Source: Octopus sinensis
Taxonomy: Eukaryota
Direction: 5' to 3'
Assembly (NCBI RefSeq): GCF_006345805.1
Contig: NW_021832604.1
Coordinates: forward strand, 1-64,000
Length of the DNA: 64,000 nt
Positions 1-13,529 of this stretch are shown piece after piece. Position numbers and translations under genes: made by a program. Numbering within the stretch: the stretch's first letter is position 1; the number at the start of each line of letters is the position of its first letter. Below the pieces are notes generated by a model that saw only the letters and a program-made list of their open reading frames with translations, was not told the origin of the DNA and ran no database searches.

Positions 1-55
1 AAATTCGATGAGAAATGAGGAAATGGATTTAGTGACTTGTGTATTGAAATGGATT

Positions 56-331
56 GGTACTGTTGCATTTCATCCTGCACGAAAATAGCCTCTAAATGAA
101 TTAATGAAAATTTTTATGAATATTAAATCAAAAATTTAAATAATGGAACAATGCCGAATTTGTAAATTTTATTCTAATTTTTTTAAAAAAAATTTGAATT
201 TTTTACCGGCTTGTGGAGACGAATGATACAGTTGTCATGCGAAAATTTGCAAAACTGAAGGACTATGAACTTCCCCGTACTGAAATGAAGTCAGTATCCT
301 TCCTTCAAGAGGTTGGAATTTTCAAAAATGA

Positions 332-335
<4 letters not shown>
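56..335 (+). mobile_element. Possible Merlin/IS1595-type transposon 5' end remnant
   Basis: Absent from the paralogous copy; starts GGTACTGTTGCA; short frame from 237 (MRKFAKLKDYELPRTEMKSVSFLQEVGIF) resembles my recollection of Merlin transposase N-termini. No second TIR seen. Confidence 0.3.
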
Positions 336-337
<2 letters not shown>

Positions 338-368
<31 letters not shown>

Positions 369-753
369 TTTGGAATTATATGTAATTGACAAATAGTTAT
401 TAACTAACTAAATTTCCGGCCTCGTAAATGGAAACACAGTTTCCACGTACTATGGCCAAGGAAATCCTTTCGAAAAGCCACTTGGACTCGCGTGGGTCTC
501 CCCGTTTATGGGAGATCATGCGGCCAAGCTTTTTTAGAAAGGAAAGAGACTTTTCGCCGATGACCCCGGAAGTCTCGACGGCGATGGGAGTGAACAGATA
601 CCGTTCAGAGAGCTCCTTGTACTTTCCAATCTTCATCTTCTCGGCTTTGCGAGAGACTGAGCCAGCCTCGACAGCTGAAGAAGGAAGGTTGAGCTCCGAG
701 AAAGTGTCTGAACACGTCGCATCCCATAACAGAGACTTGCCGAACTCAAACGG
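338..753 (-). mobile_element. 5'-truncated CRE-like non-LTR retrotransposon with poly(A) tail and 8-bp TSD
   Basis: Poly(T) 336-366 on + strand; GAAAAATT at 330-337 and 754-761, present once in the paralogue near 26190; ORF 400-636 ends with RLE motifs (PIAVETSG...WLFERISLAIVRGN). Confidence 0.88.
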
Positions 754-1012
754 GAAAAATTGTATAATAAAAATAAATTGGTGAAATACATTGAAGAGGC
801 TATCTATATAAAACGAAAAGCCTCCTCATCAATAAGCTGTTTCTTAAATATTTCTTAGGAGTTAGTCAATCCAGGGTATTGCTGGATTCCAGAATTTAAT
901 AATGTACTAGTAGAAAAAGACAGCATTGAACAAGAAATTCTAACAATGTCTCACAATTTATTTACCCGCGACAAAATATGACCAAAATGTTGAATTTGGA
1001 AAAATGCAAAGA

Positions 1013-1085
1013 TACCCCGGCTGGGAGTCGAACCCAGAACCTTTCGCGTGTAAGGCGAACGTGATAACCGCTACACCACCGAGGC
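1013..1085 (-). tRNA. tRNA-Val(TAC)
   Basis: GCCTCGGTGGTGTAGCGGTTATCACGTTCGCCTTACACGCGAAAGGTTCTGGGTTCGACTCCCAGCCGGGGTA; full cloverleaf, anticodon arm TTCGC-CTTACAC-GCGAA. Confidence 0.95.
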
Positions 1086-1672
1086 TTTTATTTTATTTTC
1101 GTACATTGTAATAAAACCTCTATCACTTAAATAGATGACATTACTCATTCCATGTTCCAACTGTCCGAAATGAGTATAATCTGTTTTGTCAGTACATGAA
1201 GGTGATTCTCTTAGAGTACTCTCCTGACTACATTTCATCGTACTCACTTGGCTTGAATTCGATCAGACCGCAGTAGTAATCAAGCAAAGAAATAGCATAC
1301 TCATTCAACGAATAGAATTAGTTTTCCGCAATGAGGCGATTTGCATAATATTGACGCCAACTCCACAATTTCTCGTTTTTTTGATCAAGACAAAATACTT
1401 GTATTGTTGCTTTTCCTTTAAGACGTTCACTGGATCACCACACACAAAGGTCACCGATTTTTGTAGTCAAGATCCATTTAATGAAACCTTCCAGAGCTTT
1501 GCCCACTCTACTCAGCTGGACTAACAGAAAAATATATAAACAAGAACTAGCTATCATAAACGTATTTAGATACGCAATTTTATCAAATTACTAGCTCAGC
1601 AGTTCGCTTCGCTCACTGCGAGCTAGCTCCTGCGGAGGCCCTGCTCGCTACGCTCGCAGTTTCCTTAAATAA

Positions 1673-2540
1673 CTATAAATTTATGTAGATATATAAATGC
1701 GACCTGCTTTGATATAACCTTATTCTAAGGCTGTGGATAAACGATGTTTGCAGTCCGTCCATCCTTGGCAAATATAAATAAATTTCTTTTCTACCTACCC
1801 TTGAGCACCCCACATACAGCTGGCCATGTGAAAAGCACTCGTTCTCTAAAAATAAGCCTACTACCTTTAAAGACTGTCCCTGGGCCTTGTTTATTGTCAT
1901 AGCAAAACTTATCTTCAGCGGAAATTGTAGTCTCTTAAATCTATCGCAGGCCCTTTCATGGTCCATAATAACGTCGACCGATTATATATTCTTTCTCTGC
2001 CAGGGATTTTCATTAATAAATCTAAATTTATATTAAGTACCTCATCATTAAGTGGAGCTAATATAGCTCGTTCACGCAGCCAGTCGAAATTCACGTAGTG
2101 TTCAGATAGTTCGGAATAGACGGCATTCAATAATTCTTCTGCTGTTTCTACGAAAATACATAATTCTTCCGGTAGCCTAATTTTCTGGTCGTGCATTTCT
2201 GAAGTGATTGCCCCATTTCCAATATCTAGAAGGATTTGTGGGAATATGCTATTAACGCCTTGTAAATGTGCATGTACATTTACATCTAAGCTTACCTTTT
2301 TCACGTGTGTCCACAAATATGACGATTTGAGGCAGGCATTCAATTCATCCGCAGGCGTCCCTCTTTGAATAATTGGCAGCGTCTGTCTAAAATCACCTGC
2401 CAATACAACTAATGCTCCCCCAAACAAATGGTCGCTACAATTCTTGATATCTCTATATGTTCGGTCAACTGCTTGAATGCGCCTTTATGAGCCATCGTAC
2501 ATTCATCCCAAACAAATAACCTAGAATGCATAATTCTATT
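1673..2540 (-). pseudogene. Helitron Pif1-family helicase fragments (internally deleted, frameshifted)
   Basis: FGGALVVLAGDFRQTLP and [22 protein letters not shown]...[14 protein letters not shown] motifs in two different frames. Confidence 0.88.
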
Positions 2541-3239
2541 ACCCGTAGTTGAGTCTAACAGCAGTCCTGACCTTGTTCAGCTGTTGTCTAAGTTCCCTCA
2601 CCATTTAAGCACATCTTCCCTCGTTTCTCTTTTTTGTTATATGGTTCATATTCTCTTGTTTGTTAACATTCTCAGATCTCTCTTTATAGGACATTCTTAT
2701 GATTTTGTAAACGCGAATCAGTAATTTATATTAAATTTTCTACGTAAATTTATTTAGTGAAATTTATGTAAAGTGTATTATCCAATCAAAGCCATTATAC
2801 TTAATTGCCTCTATGTTTAAAGGAATTGAAACTTTAGCATAATCGAACTTGTCTGTTTCGGTAAAGAAAATGATAATCAGCTTCATCTTTGTAGTATTAT
2901 AAGGAAAAAAATTAAAGCCTGTTAAATCAAGGAGATTTAAATATAGGCAAATTGAAATTTACATGACTAATTTAAATTTTATTTGCCTCTATCTTTTAAG
3001 AAATCTAAACAGTAGCATAATCGAATTTGTCAGTTTCGGCAGTTAAAAAGAATCAATTATGTAAATCTCTAATAATTTTTGCTTTTTCTTTTTAGTGGTT
3101 TTCAAAATCTGATAATTGCACAGTCTATTCATGGTCGATAACAATTAGAGCTTTTATTTTATTTTTTTTAACGAAAATTTAACAAAAAAGAATTTATGTC
3201 ATCGAAAAAAGATAGCTAAGCTAATTAATGGCCTCACGA

Positions 3240-4719
3240 GGCTTGAAGGTTGTGGAGGACCTCATCATGTGAGTCGAGGACTTTCTTGTCGTTCATTTTA
3301 ACAAAAACGCAAAAAATATTTTTTTTTATTTTGGGCTTGAAGGTTTTGGGGGACCACATCATGTGAGTCGAGGACTTTCTTGTTGTTCATTTAACAAAAA
3401 CGCAGAAAATAATTTTTTTTATTTTTTTTGCCTGAAGGTTTTGAGGGACCACATCATGTGAGTCGAGGACTTTCTTGTTGTTCATTTTAACAAAAACGCA
3501 GAAAATAATTTTTTTTAATTTTTTGGCTTGAAGGTTTTGAGGGACCACATCATGTGAGTCGAGGACTTTCTTGTTGTTCATTTTAACAAAAACGCAGAAA
3601 ATAATTTTTTTAATTTTTTGGCTTGAAGTTTTGGGGGACCACATCATGTGAGTCGAGGACTTTCTTGTTGTTTATTTTAACAAAAACGCAGAAAATAATT
3701 TTTTTAATTTTTTGGCTTGAAAGTTTTGGGGGACCACATCATGTGAGTCGAGGACTTTCTTGTTGTTCATTTTAACAAAAACGCAGAAAATAATTTTTTT
3801 AATTTTTTACCTTGAAGGTTTTGGGGGACCACATCATGTGAGTCGAGGACTTTCTTGTTGCTCATTTTAACAAAAACGCAGAAAATAATTTTTTTAATTT
3901 TTTACCTTGAAGGTTTTGGGGGACCACATCATGTGAGTCGAGGACTTTCTTGTTGTTCATTTTAACAAAAACGCAGAAAATAATTTTTTTAATTTTTTAG
4001 CTTGAAGGTTTTGGGGGACCACATCATGTGAGTCGAGGACTTTCTTGTTGTTCATTTTAACAAAAACGCAGAAAATAATTTTTTTTAATTTTTTGGCTTG
4101 AAGGTTTTGGGGGACCACATCATGTGAGTCGAGGACTTTCTTGTTGTTCATTTTAACAAAAACGCAGAAAATAATTTTTTTAATTTTTTAGCTTGAAGGT
4201 TTTGGGGGACCACATCATGTGAGTCGAGGACTTTCTTGTGTTCATTTTAACAAAAACGCAGAAAATAATTTTTTTTAATTTTTTGGCTTGAAGGTTTTGG
4301 GGGACCACATCATGTGAGTCGAGGACTTTCTTGTTGTTCATTTTAACAAAAACGCAGAAAATAATTTTTTTTAATTTTTTGCTTGAAGGTTTTGGGGGAC
4401 CACATCATGTGAGTCGAGGACTTTCTTGTTGGTCATTTTAACAAAAACGCAGAAAATAATTTTTTTAATTTTTTAGCTGAAGGTTTTGGGGGACCACATC
4501 ATGTGAGTCGAGGACTTTCTTGTTGTTCATTTTACAAAAACGCAGAAAATAATTTTTTTAATTTTTTGGCTTGAAGGTTTTGGGGGACCACATCATGTGA
4601 GTCGAGGACTTTCTTGTTGTTCATTTAACAAAAACGCAGAAAATAATTTTTTTTAATTTTTTGGCTTGAAGGTTTTGGGGGACCACATCATGTGAGTCGA
4701 GGACTTTCTTGTTGTTCAT
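3240..4719. repeat. Minisatellite, 16 units of about 95 bp, inside the Helitron
   Basis: Core ggaccacatcatgtgagtcgagg recurs at 3257, 3351, 3446, 3542 ... 4585, 4680; variation is mainly homopolymer length. Confidence 0.95.
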
Positions 4720-4830
4720 CAGGAAGGTTCTTAGAGGATATCAACCTTTTATTGTGCCTCATTTCGAATAACTACAAAAGGGAAGGTTTTGACAATTTGA
4801 TCTGGTTTTAACAATTTGAATGTGGGTGTG

Positions 4831-4874
4831 CACAGACAGACAGACAGACACACAGACAGACAGACAGACACACA
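4831..4874. repeat. (ACAG)n/(AC)n microsatellite near the Helitron 5' end
   Basis: acagacagacagacagacacacagacagacagacagacacacac read directly. Confidence 0.85.
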
Positions 4875-5523
4875 CCATACCATTTTATTATTAAGATGTC
4901 ATTTGTTAGTAGGTAAAAAATAATTATGTGAAGAGATATGACATTGTTGTCCGCAGATTAGCCAATGGTGGCTGCCATTTTGCATTTTTATTTAATTTTC
5001 GAAACTCTGTCGGTCCAAGTTTGTCAGATTTCTTTCCACTTCTGCTTTTCAGTTCAAGAAACAGAGCTGCTTAAAAGTTAAAATTTAAACCTAAATTATC
5101 TCTAGGCTGGAGGGAAATGCTGCGTGAATATTCCTCCAAGTCGATTCCTAAGAGTTTCCTTATTTCCAATGAAATAAACTTAACTAAATGTTATCAAAAA
5201 ACTTTGATCAGATTCCAATCTCTGATTCCAATTTTGGGTAAATTTGAGGCGTGCATGTGAATTAGTTTTCGGCCATTTATGTAGTTATTCTCAAAGCATT
5301 CCTTTCGATTAATCAAGCATTGATTACTGCCAACTCAGGGTGGCCAAGTTCTGTTTTGACCCAGTCTCCCACCTGCTTGATAGACCAGTCAATGCAATCT
5401 GGTACACTAACTAATTCGTGCTGAGACATTACAATAAATATAAGCTTTGTCTTGGGAACAGTTTTCTGACTATTTTATATAGTTAAATTATTTTAAATAA
5501 AATAAGTGTCTCTTTGTGAGTCA

Positions 5524-6718
5524 ATGTCCGCAAATAAACCATTCAACGAAATATTTTTAGAATACAGAGAAATAATAAACAAATTTAAAAAGTAGATAAA
5601 TAAAATAAATTCTAGACGATCAAAAAGAGCAAACAACAGCGACCTCATAAAACAAATGTCTGCCCTAATAAAGTCCTTCCACACCAGGGAGAATTCGACG
5701 ATGACTGTGCCGCATTTCTCCACTACCTAAGCCACGAGTAGTCCAATTTATCATAAAATTAGTTTTCAGGCAGCCTGTTCTAAGGAAGTATTGTCCGACC
5801 CGACAGATCTTATAGAAGCAGCCAGGAAATACATATCCCACGACACGTACTGCAGAATGAATCGTTTCATAACATTCGGAGAGGATCTGGAGAACGCAAT
5901 ACAGTGCTACAATCAGTGCATTCAAGTTGATTTTGTCATCATTCGGCAGATCTTCATTGCGGCCAAAAAAGCCTAAAAGTATTTCAATTCAGTTTGGAAA
6001 TCGGGCACTATTTGATGGTACTAATATTACATTTTATTAGAAAATTTGCCACTTTCCGGATGCTCTGAATCATCTGTACAAAGCATTGGAATACTCGGAG
6101 AGTGTATTCTAGTATATAACCCAGTCAGGTGGTTGTCGAACAGATATTTGTAAAGCAGTTGATAATAGAGTGCCATGTGGATATCAGTTGTGTGCTGACT
6201 GACCCAATTAGACGAATTCGAGAGTGCTTTCGACGTGGTTAATTCTGTTTTTGAGTTCGAGGGAGTGTCGAACAAAGCATTGCTGTACCCTCTCTGTGGA
6301 GTACTCGTCCAGTTGGAAATATCGAGAGTGCTCCTCCTCTGCATTGTGAATGTATTCAGTAGGCTAATTGGCCAGAATTGCTCTATTCCTGTGTGGGAGA
6401 AGGATTGTGCGATTTTTGGTAAATATTGTGGGAGGACAGTCGAGGAGGACCTATCGAGAGGACCCGAAGGTTGTGTTCTGAATATGTTTGACAGATAAAC
6501 TCGTGTCGACTGAGGTGTACCAGTATTTGAAGACTCTTTTGGTAGAGGAGATGGGAGATTGGTAGGTGGCCGTGGCTGATTTGTCTGTCGATGATGTCAA
6601 ACAGGTCGAGGAGTTGTTTGGACCTGATTTAACGCGCACTCATTCTTTACTGTTTTCTGTACTCAAGGAGAAGATGCACAACAGATTAGTCCACGTTATT
6701 AAAAAACCAAGAAATTAA
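5524..6718 (+). pseudogene. F8A1: HAP40/F8A homologue, copy 1, with two 1-bp deletions
   Basis: Same gene as 27669-28866, but lacks one C near 5680 (ttccacaccag vs ttccaccaccag) and one A near 5965-5970 (6 vs 7 A, giving gcc taa). Could be sequencing error. Confidence 0.6.
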
Positions 6719-6791
6719 CCTTTTTATTTTTAATTACTTATTTAATTAAATAAATTATATTTTAATTGTGGTTTCTTGTGTGTCACTAGGA

Positions 6792-7087
6792 ATGGACTAT
6801 GCCTCGCTAAACTTTTGTATCATCACTCTACTGTGGGTTCTCTTTCTAATCATTTCGTCCATTTTCCTGAAGAAATCTCGCTAGAAGCTGTACGTTATGT
6901 CCCCTAATGTGTTTAGAATGATAATGATTCTACTCGCCATTACTGCGATATGTTGCTACATTCAGTACAATCAGTTTTAATTAACGAATTTAGTTGGTTG
7001 GTCACGTGGCTAATACAGCTGAACCCACTTGTGGCACCTCAACTGTCAAAACTCCATTTATATGCAATCAAAAGAGGGTGGAGATGA
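6792..7087 (+). pseudogene. ATP6V0E: V-ATPase V0 subunit e, copy 1, premature stop
   Basis: In-frame TAG at 6882-6884 where copy 2 has TAC (29031-29033). Confidence 0.75.
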
Positions 7088-7293
7088 TCTTGTTTTACTG
7101 TCTTTAATTAAATTATTAACTACAACTCTTTTTAACTATAAAATACTAATTTTAAACCATTCAAAGGTCCACCAACATTTAGTAATATTTGTCACCACAA
7201 TAATCAATATGAGTTTTACCTTTTAATATAATTTAAAACTTTTTAAAATTAAAACTTTAAATTTTATAAAAACATTATTCACGTGTGAACAAA

Positions 7294-8402
7294 ATGAAGC
7301 TGGACAATCAGTCTATGCAATGTCTGCGCGTCGCAAAAGTATTCAAGGAGAACCGCAAGGAAATAAATCACATGGACTTTACCAAAAACGGGGAGATTCT
7401 CATCACAAGCGGAGATGATGACCAAATTTCAATCTACGACTGCAACAACGGAATGTATTCCTCCACAAAACTCTCCCAGATTCCAGAGACTTTTAAACAG
7501 CAAGAAATATGGGGTGTCTCTAATCCAATACACTCACGCGGAGAATACGGTCATCCACGCATCCACAAAACTGGACGGTCCTCCCCCTCCATCAATTTAT
7601 AGACAGTGTTCGGTACCTCTCACTCCACAATAATCAGTATATTCGCTATTTTAGTGGACATAGTGATCGGTAGGGAGAATATTGTTTATTTTAGAGTGAC
7701 CTGTCTCCAGATGTCCCCACTTGATGATCTCTTTCTTTCCGCCTCCCTCGACAAGACTGTGAGGATTTGGGATCTCAAGTCTCCGAATTGCCAGGTTTGA
7801 GTGTTTGGGGAAAGTAGGGAATGCTGACTGTCCCTGACTTCCCCGTGGCCGCGATCGACCCCGAAGGACTCATATTCACGGTGGGATATCGGTCTACACT
7901 CAAATTTTATGATTTGCGATCGTATGACAAGGTTTGTTTGATTTGTTCATTTGGAGGGTCCTTTCCTCACTTCGGACATCAAGGAGACCCCCGAGTGGAC
8001 GGGCATTAAATTCAGTCCCGACGGGAAAAATATTTTGGTCTCCACTTCCGGGTGCTGTCATTTCCTTGTGGATGCATTCCACGGGACTTTCAAACACGCA
8101 TTTGAGGCATTTCTATTTGGTTACTCGTTTAGGGATTTACCAACAATCATTCAAAAATTGAAGCAGATTTCACCCCGGACTCGCAGTATGTGATTTCTGG
8201 TTCTACTGACGGTGGATTGCATTCCTGGAACGTCGAGTCGGGGGTCAGGACTTGTCAAATCAAGTCGACTTTGCCTAACGAGTGTGTTCGTCTTGTCCGC
8301 TTTAACCCCAAAATGATGCTCTTGGCTGCTGCTTCTCTACAACTTGTTGTTTTCTTTTTTCATTTTTAGGGATTTTATCTTTCGTATTTAGAAGATGAGT
8401 GA
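7294..8402 (+). CDS. WDR82: WD repeat protein 82 (Swd2), multi-exon, copy 1
   Basis: [63 protein letters not shown]; frame restored by 23-26 nt introns. Confidence 0.93.
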
Positions 8403-9399
8403 CTTGTTGGAATATTTGAAACAAAGTTTTTCGCTTTTTTGAGTGCGCGCGTAGTGACGAAACGAATTAAAGAAACAATATTTATAAAGATTAAATATTT
8501 AAGACGGTTTTATTTTATTGCTCCACGATTTTTTTGGAGAGTCTTTGTCGCCGTCGAGTTCGTTGACGTCGTTTTTAGGGAGAAATAGCTTTTTTATTTT
8601 AGACAAATAGTTTTTTTATTTGTTCCTATAAAATGATATTATTTGTGTACTTTTATCGATGTCATCTCTGACAAAATAGTTTCGTCCTTTTCAGTAACTG
8701 GTTGACATTGCGTGATGTGACTTTTCTCAAAATTCATTTGTTGATTCTGATCGAACAGTTCTATCAACCTCTTAATTATATGTTTTATAAAACAACGTGA
8801 CATTACATCATTTGCTCACATTTAGCGAAATAATTCTGAAGGATCAATTATTAGTAGAATATAAAGAATTATTGACTTGACTTTATAATATGCGTAATTA
8901 GCTGCTTATGTACTTTATTAAATGAGAGTTTCTTGATACATTTTGTTATAGAAATTGCACTTTCTAAAAGTTATTTTACGTGCTTTCTAGAAGAGTGGGG
9001 AATTGTATTCCTTGATCATCTCGAAAGTTAACAATTTTCATTTTGTCATGTGATTTCTAAATGGGTAAGAACATTTTTAACCTATGATGAACAGATTATG
9101 CTCTCTGAGATTCAATTAGAACCTGCGTTCCCCAAAAAGAAATCAAATATAATTTCTGTTAAGTAAATATCGGAGATTTCATAAACACTGAATTGTTAAT
9201 AACGTTGATCCTTGAAAAATACTGTCAAAATTATTTTTACTTTATTTGGAAGGAATTTTGTAAACATATAAATTGAACTTTAAGGCAAGTTTGTTACATA
9301 GTTGAATATTTCCATTCTAATTAAGAAAATGGAAAAGGCTTCTTGGCCATTCAACAGGACCAACTGTTAAAAGACCAAGACCTTAGCAACCAAAAGCAC

Positions 9400-11199
<1,800 letters not shown>

Positions 11200-11760
11200 G
11201 ACAACCTCCTTGTTTATTAATATTTTTAAATATTATTCTAATCTTTTATTCAATTTTAAAAATAATATAAAATATTGTTTAATAAATGTTTTGACGTTCT
11301 TTTATAAATTGAGATTAATTTATATAATTGAACTTTTTAATTATTAGTGCGTACATTATTGACGCGTCTATTCTGCGTAAATAGTTGGCTATTGTGCTTT
11401 ATTTTCCGACCCCTGGGATTGTTTTGTGCCAATTTTTATTTTTTAAATATCGATTATCAATTAGGCTTATTTTCTTTATTGAGTTGTCGAAAAATTCGAC
11501 TGTCATGCTTAAGCATTATTTTTACACTCACTTTTTACATTTATTACTTATAAATCTTTACAGTAGTCTTTGAACTTGTTCAGCCAAATCCCCTATTAAG
11601 TGAGTTTTTCAAAATTCGATTCAAAAAGATCTCCTCTTCTGCATTCTCAATATTTTGTCACTTTTTATTGTGTCCCTTTGTTATTATACATATGGATTAT
11701 TATTTTTTGATTTTTTGATTGCAATAAAATTGAATAAAATACACAATTTTATAATCATAA

Positions 11761-12670
11761 ATGTTTTTGTATAAAAGGCACGCTTATTCATAAATATATA
11801 GATTGCTGATTATCGCATCTGTCATCCTCTTAGGAATCATTCTTTATTTTCAGAATATTGTCGTCCTCGGAAGAACTGACAGTCATCGACATGTCATATT
11901 TTGTATGATTTTAACATCAAAAAACAATTATAAAACCCGAGGACGTGCAGTCTTGGATACGTGGGGCAAAAGATGTGACAAGACATTTTATTTTGTCGGA
12001 AAAGTCATAGCGAACGAGTCCTTCATAACCTCGCTGAATATCAACGATGACTACGAACATCTCCCTTCAAAAACATACGGCGGACTGAAATATATCGAAG
12101 CCAAATTTCACGACGAATATGACTGGATTGTCAAAGCAGACGACGATACATATATTATTGTGAACAATCTTCGCCAATTCCTCGTTTCTGAAGATCACAG
12201 TCGCCCTGTTTCATTTGGACTCAAATTCTACAAATATTTCCCCAATGGATATTTCAGTGGGGGAGCCTCCTATATTTTGAGTAGAGAGGCTGTAAAGAAA
12301 GTGATTTCTGCCAATAAGGCAGAGGTAGTGGCTTAAATATACTCCCAGGTGAAGGAATGCAGCGCCAAGACAGGCATGGAAGACGTGGAAATGGGTCGTT
12401 GTTTAAATCGTCTTGAAATTGACATTAAATCCGACGAATCCCAGTTGCCTCGGTTTTCTTCATTTAATCTGATCGACACGTTTTCAAAAAATACACCGGA
12501 TTGGTATAAACAATTTCGAGAGTTGGACAAACACCCAGTTCGTCTGCTTTATTTTACTAATGCAGGAGCGCAATGGTGTGAGTCGGCATTTGATATCTCT
12601 CCACTACATCACCCCCAATTCCATGAGGACTATCGACTATTTATTAAATAATGTGAGCATTCGGAAGTAG
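11761..12670 (+). CDS. C1GALT1: Core 1 beta-1,3-galactosyltransferase-like (GT31)
   Basis: N-terminal TM segment, TWGKRCDK, DWIVKADDDTY, YFSGGASYILSREA, EDVEMGRCL, ISLHYITP; ATG joined by a probable GC-AG intron. Confidence 0.88.
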
Positions 12671-12859
12671 TTTATCGACGTTGGCATTACTTTATTTCTC
12701 GATAAGTCTTAATAAAATCTTAAGAGCTTCTTAATAGTCAATATAATGTTAAGTGATTTATATTCGTCGAACTATATCATGATTGTTGGTGTCTTGCATT
12801 AGTTTAGCGATTCTGTTGGACTGATATACGTGATAATATTTTATATACATTTGTTTTAT

Positions 12860-13159
12860 TTATTTTGGATCTTGGCACGTTTCGGGAAAATGGTTCGGAA
12901 AGAATGGCTTCGAAATGAAATGCCTCTTGGGCGGTGGGAAGGCAGCCAATGATGTGCTTAAGTTGTGCATTCTGTTATTTATTCTTATCGACAAACAATT
13001 GATTCGCGACATCTGTGCTTGAAGAACTTTATTCTGTTATCTGCTTCCGAAGATCTCGAAATGTTATAATTTTAAACTACTTTAACGTGGCAATAATGTC
13101 TTTATTTGGTTCATTTGGTATCCCTGTGTTTTCTAAATATAACTTTTATAGTTACTCAT
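12860..13159 (-). CDS. Small coiled-coil protein, possibly WAVE/SCAR-homology-domain-like
   Basis: Two micro-introns give MKNTGIPNEPNKDIIATLKSSEADNRIKVLQAQMSRINCLSIRINNRMHNLSTSLAAFPPPKRHFISK; weak resemblance to the WAVE N-terminus. Confidence 0.3.
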
Positions 13160-13529
13160 AGTTGCTTAGCAAGCTAATTTTATTCATAAAAAAAATTTTC
13201 ATTTTAATTTTTAAATCATAATCAAAAAATCCGAGGTACAAAAAATCAATAGCCATAGTTTATTCCTCCTTAACAAGAAAAATGGTATTTTGTTACGAGG
13301 AAATAGGTTGAGCACTCATTGTTAATAAATTCTCGCATCGAGATAGGTCTCGTAAAGGCATTGGTCTCAGTCATGTTTCCCTTTTGATTGAAGTGAGGTG
13401 GTCTTATGTGACATTAGCAACCAGGCCTCTATGGGCAGCCTGTGCGTTACGTGTTACTATGGCAAATAGTTAACAAATTAATGCTACGAACTTTAAAAAT
13501 TAATAAATAGACATTTAATTGCTATTTTT

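Larger units (their letters stand above)
1591..4896 (-). mobile_element. Non-autonomous Helitron (3.3 kb)
   Basis: Minus strand starts TCTTAATAATAAAATG and ends CTAG, inserted between A and T; terminal hairpin gcagt-gagcgaagcga-actgc; empty site caaattA|Tgtcattt at 27041/27042. Confidence 0.93.

Noticed and set aside
3240-4719. CRISPR array or repetitive ORFs (KVLDSHDVVPQN...)
   Set aside because: No unique spacers, eukaryotic context, no cas genes; the ~95-bp unit is mostly not a multiple of 3, so the ORFs are by-products.
3240-4719. Tandem SL-RNA gene array (AAG|GT donor, hairpin, Sm-like AATTTTTTGG in each unit)
   Set aside because: The array lies inside a Helitron, the Sm-like motif is expected by chance in T-tracts, and there is no 3' stem-loop after it.
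6882-6884. TAG reassignment or readthrough in V-ATPase e
   Set aside because: The paralogue has TAC, and TAG serves as a normal stop elsewhere (for example C1GALT1 at 12668-12670), so a nonsense mutation is simpler.
13330-13470. GC-richer island that might be a structured ncRNA (U3, RNase P/MRP, SRP)
   Set aside because: I could not find the diagnostic boxes on either strand; an Rfam scan would be needed.
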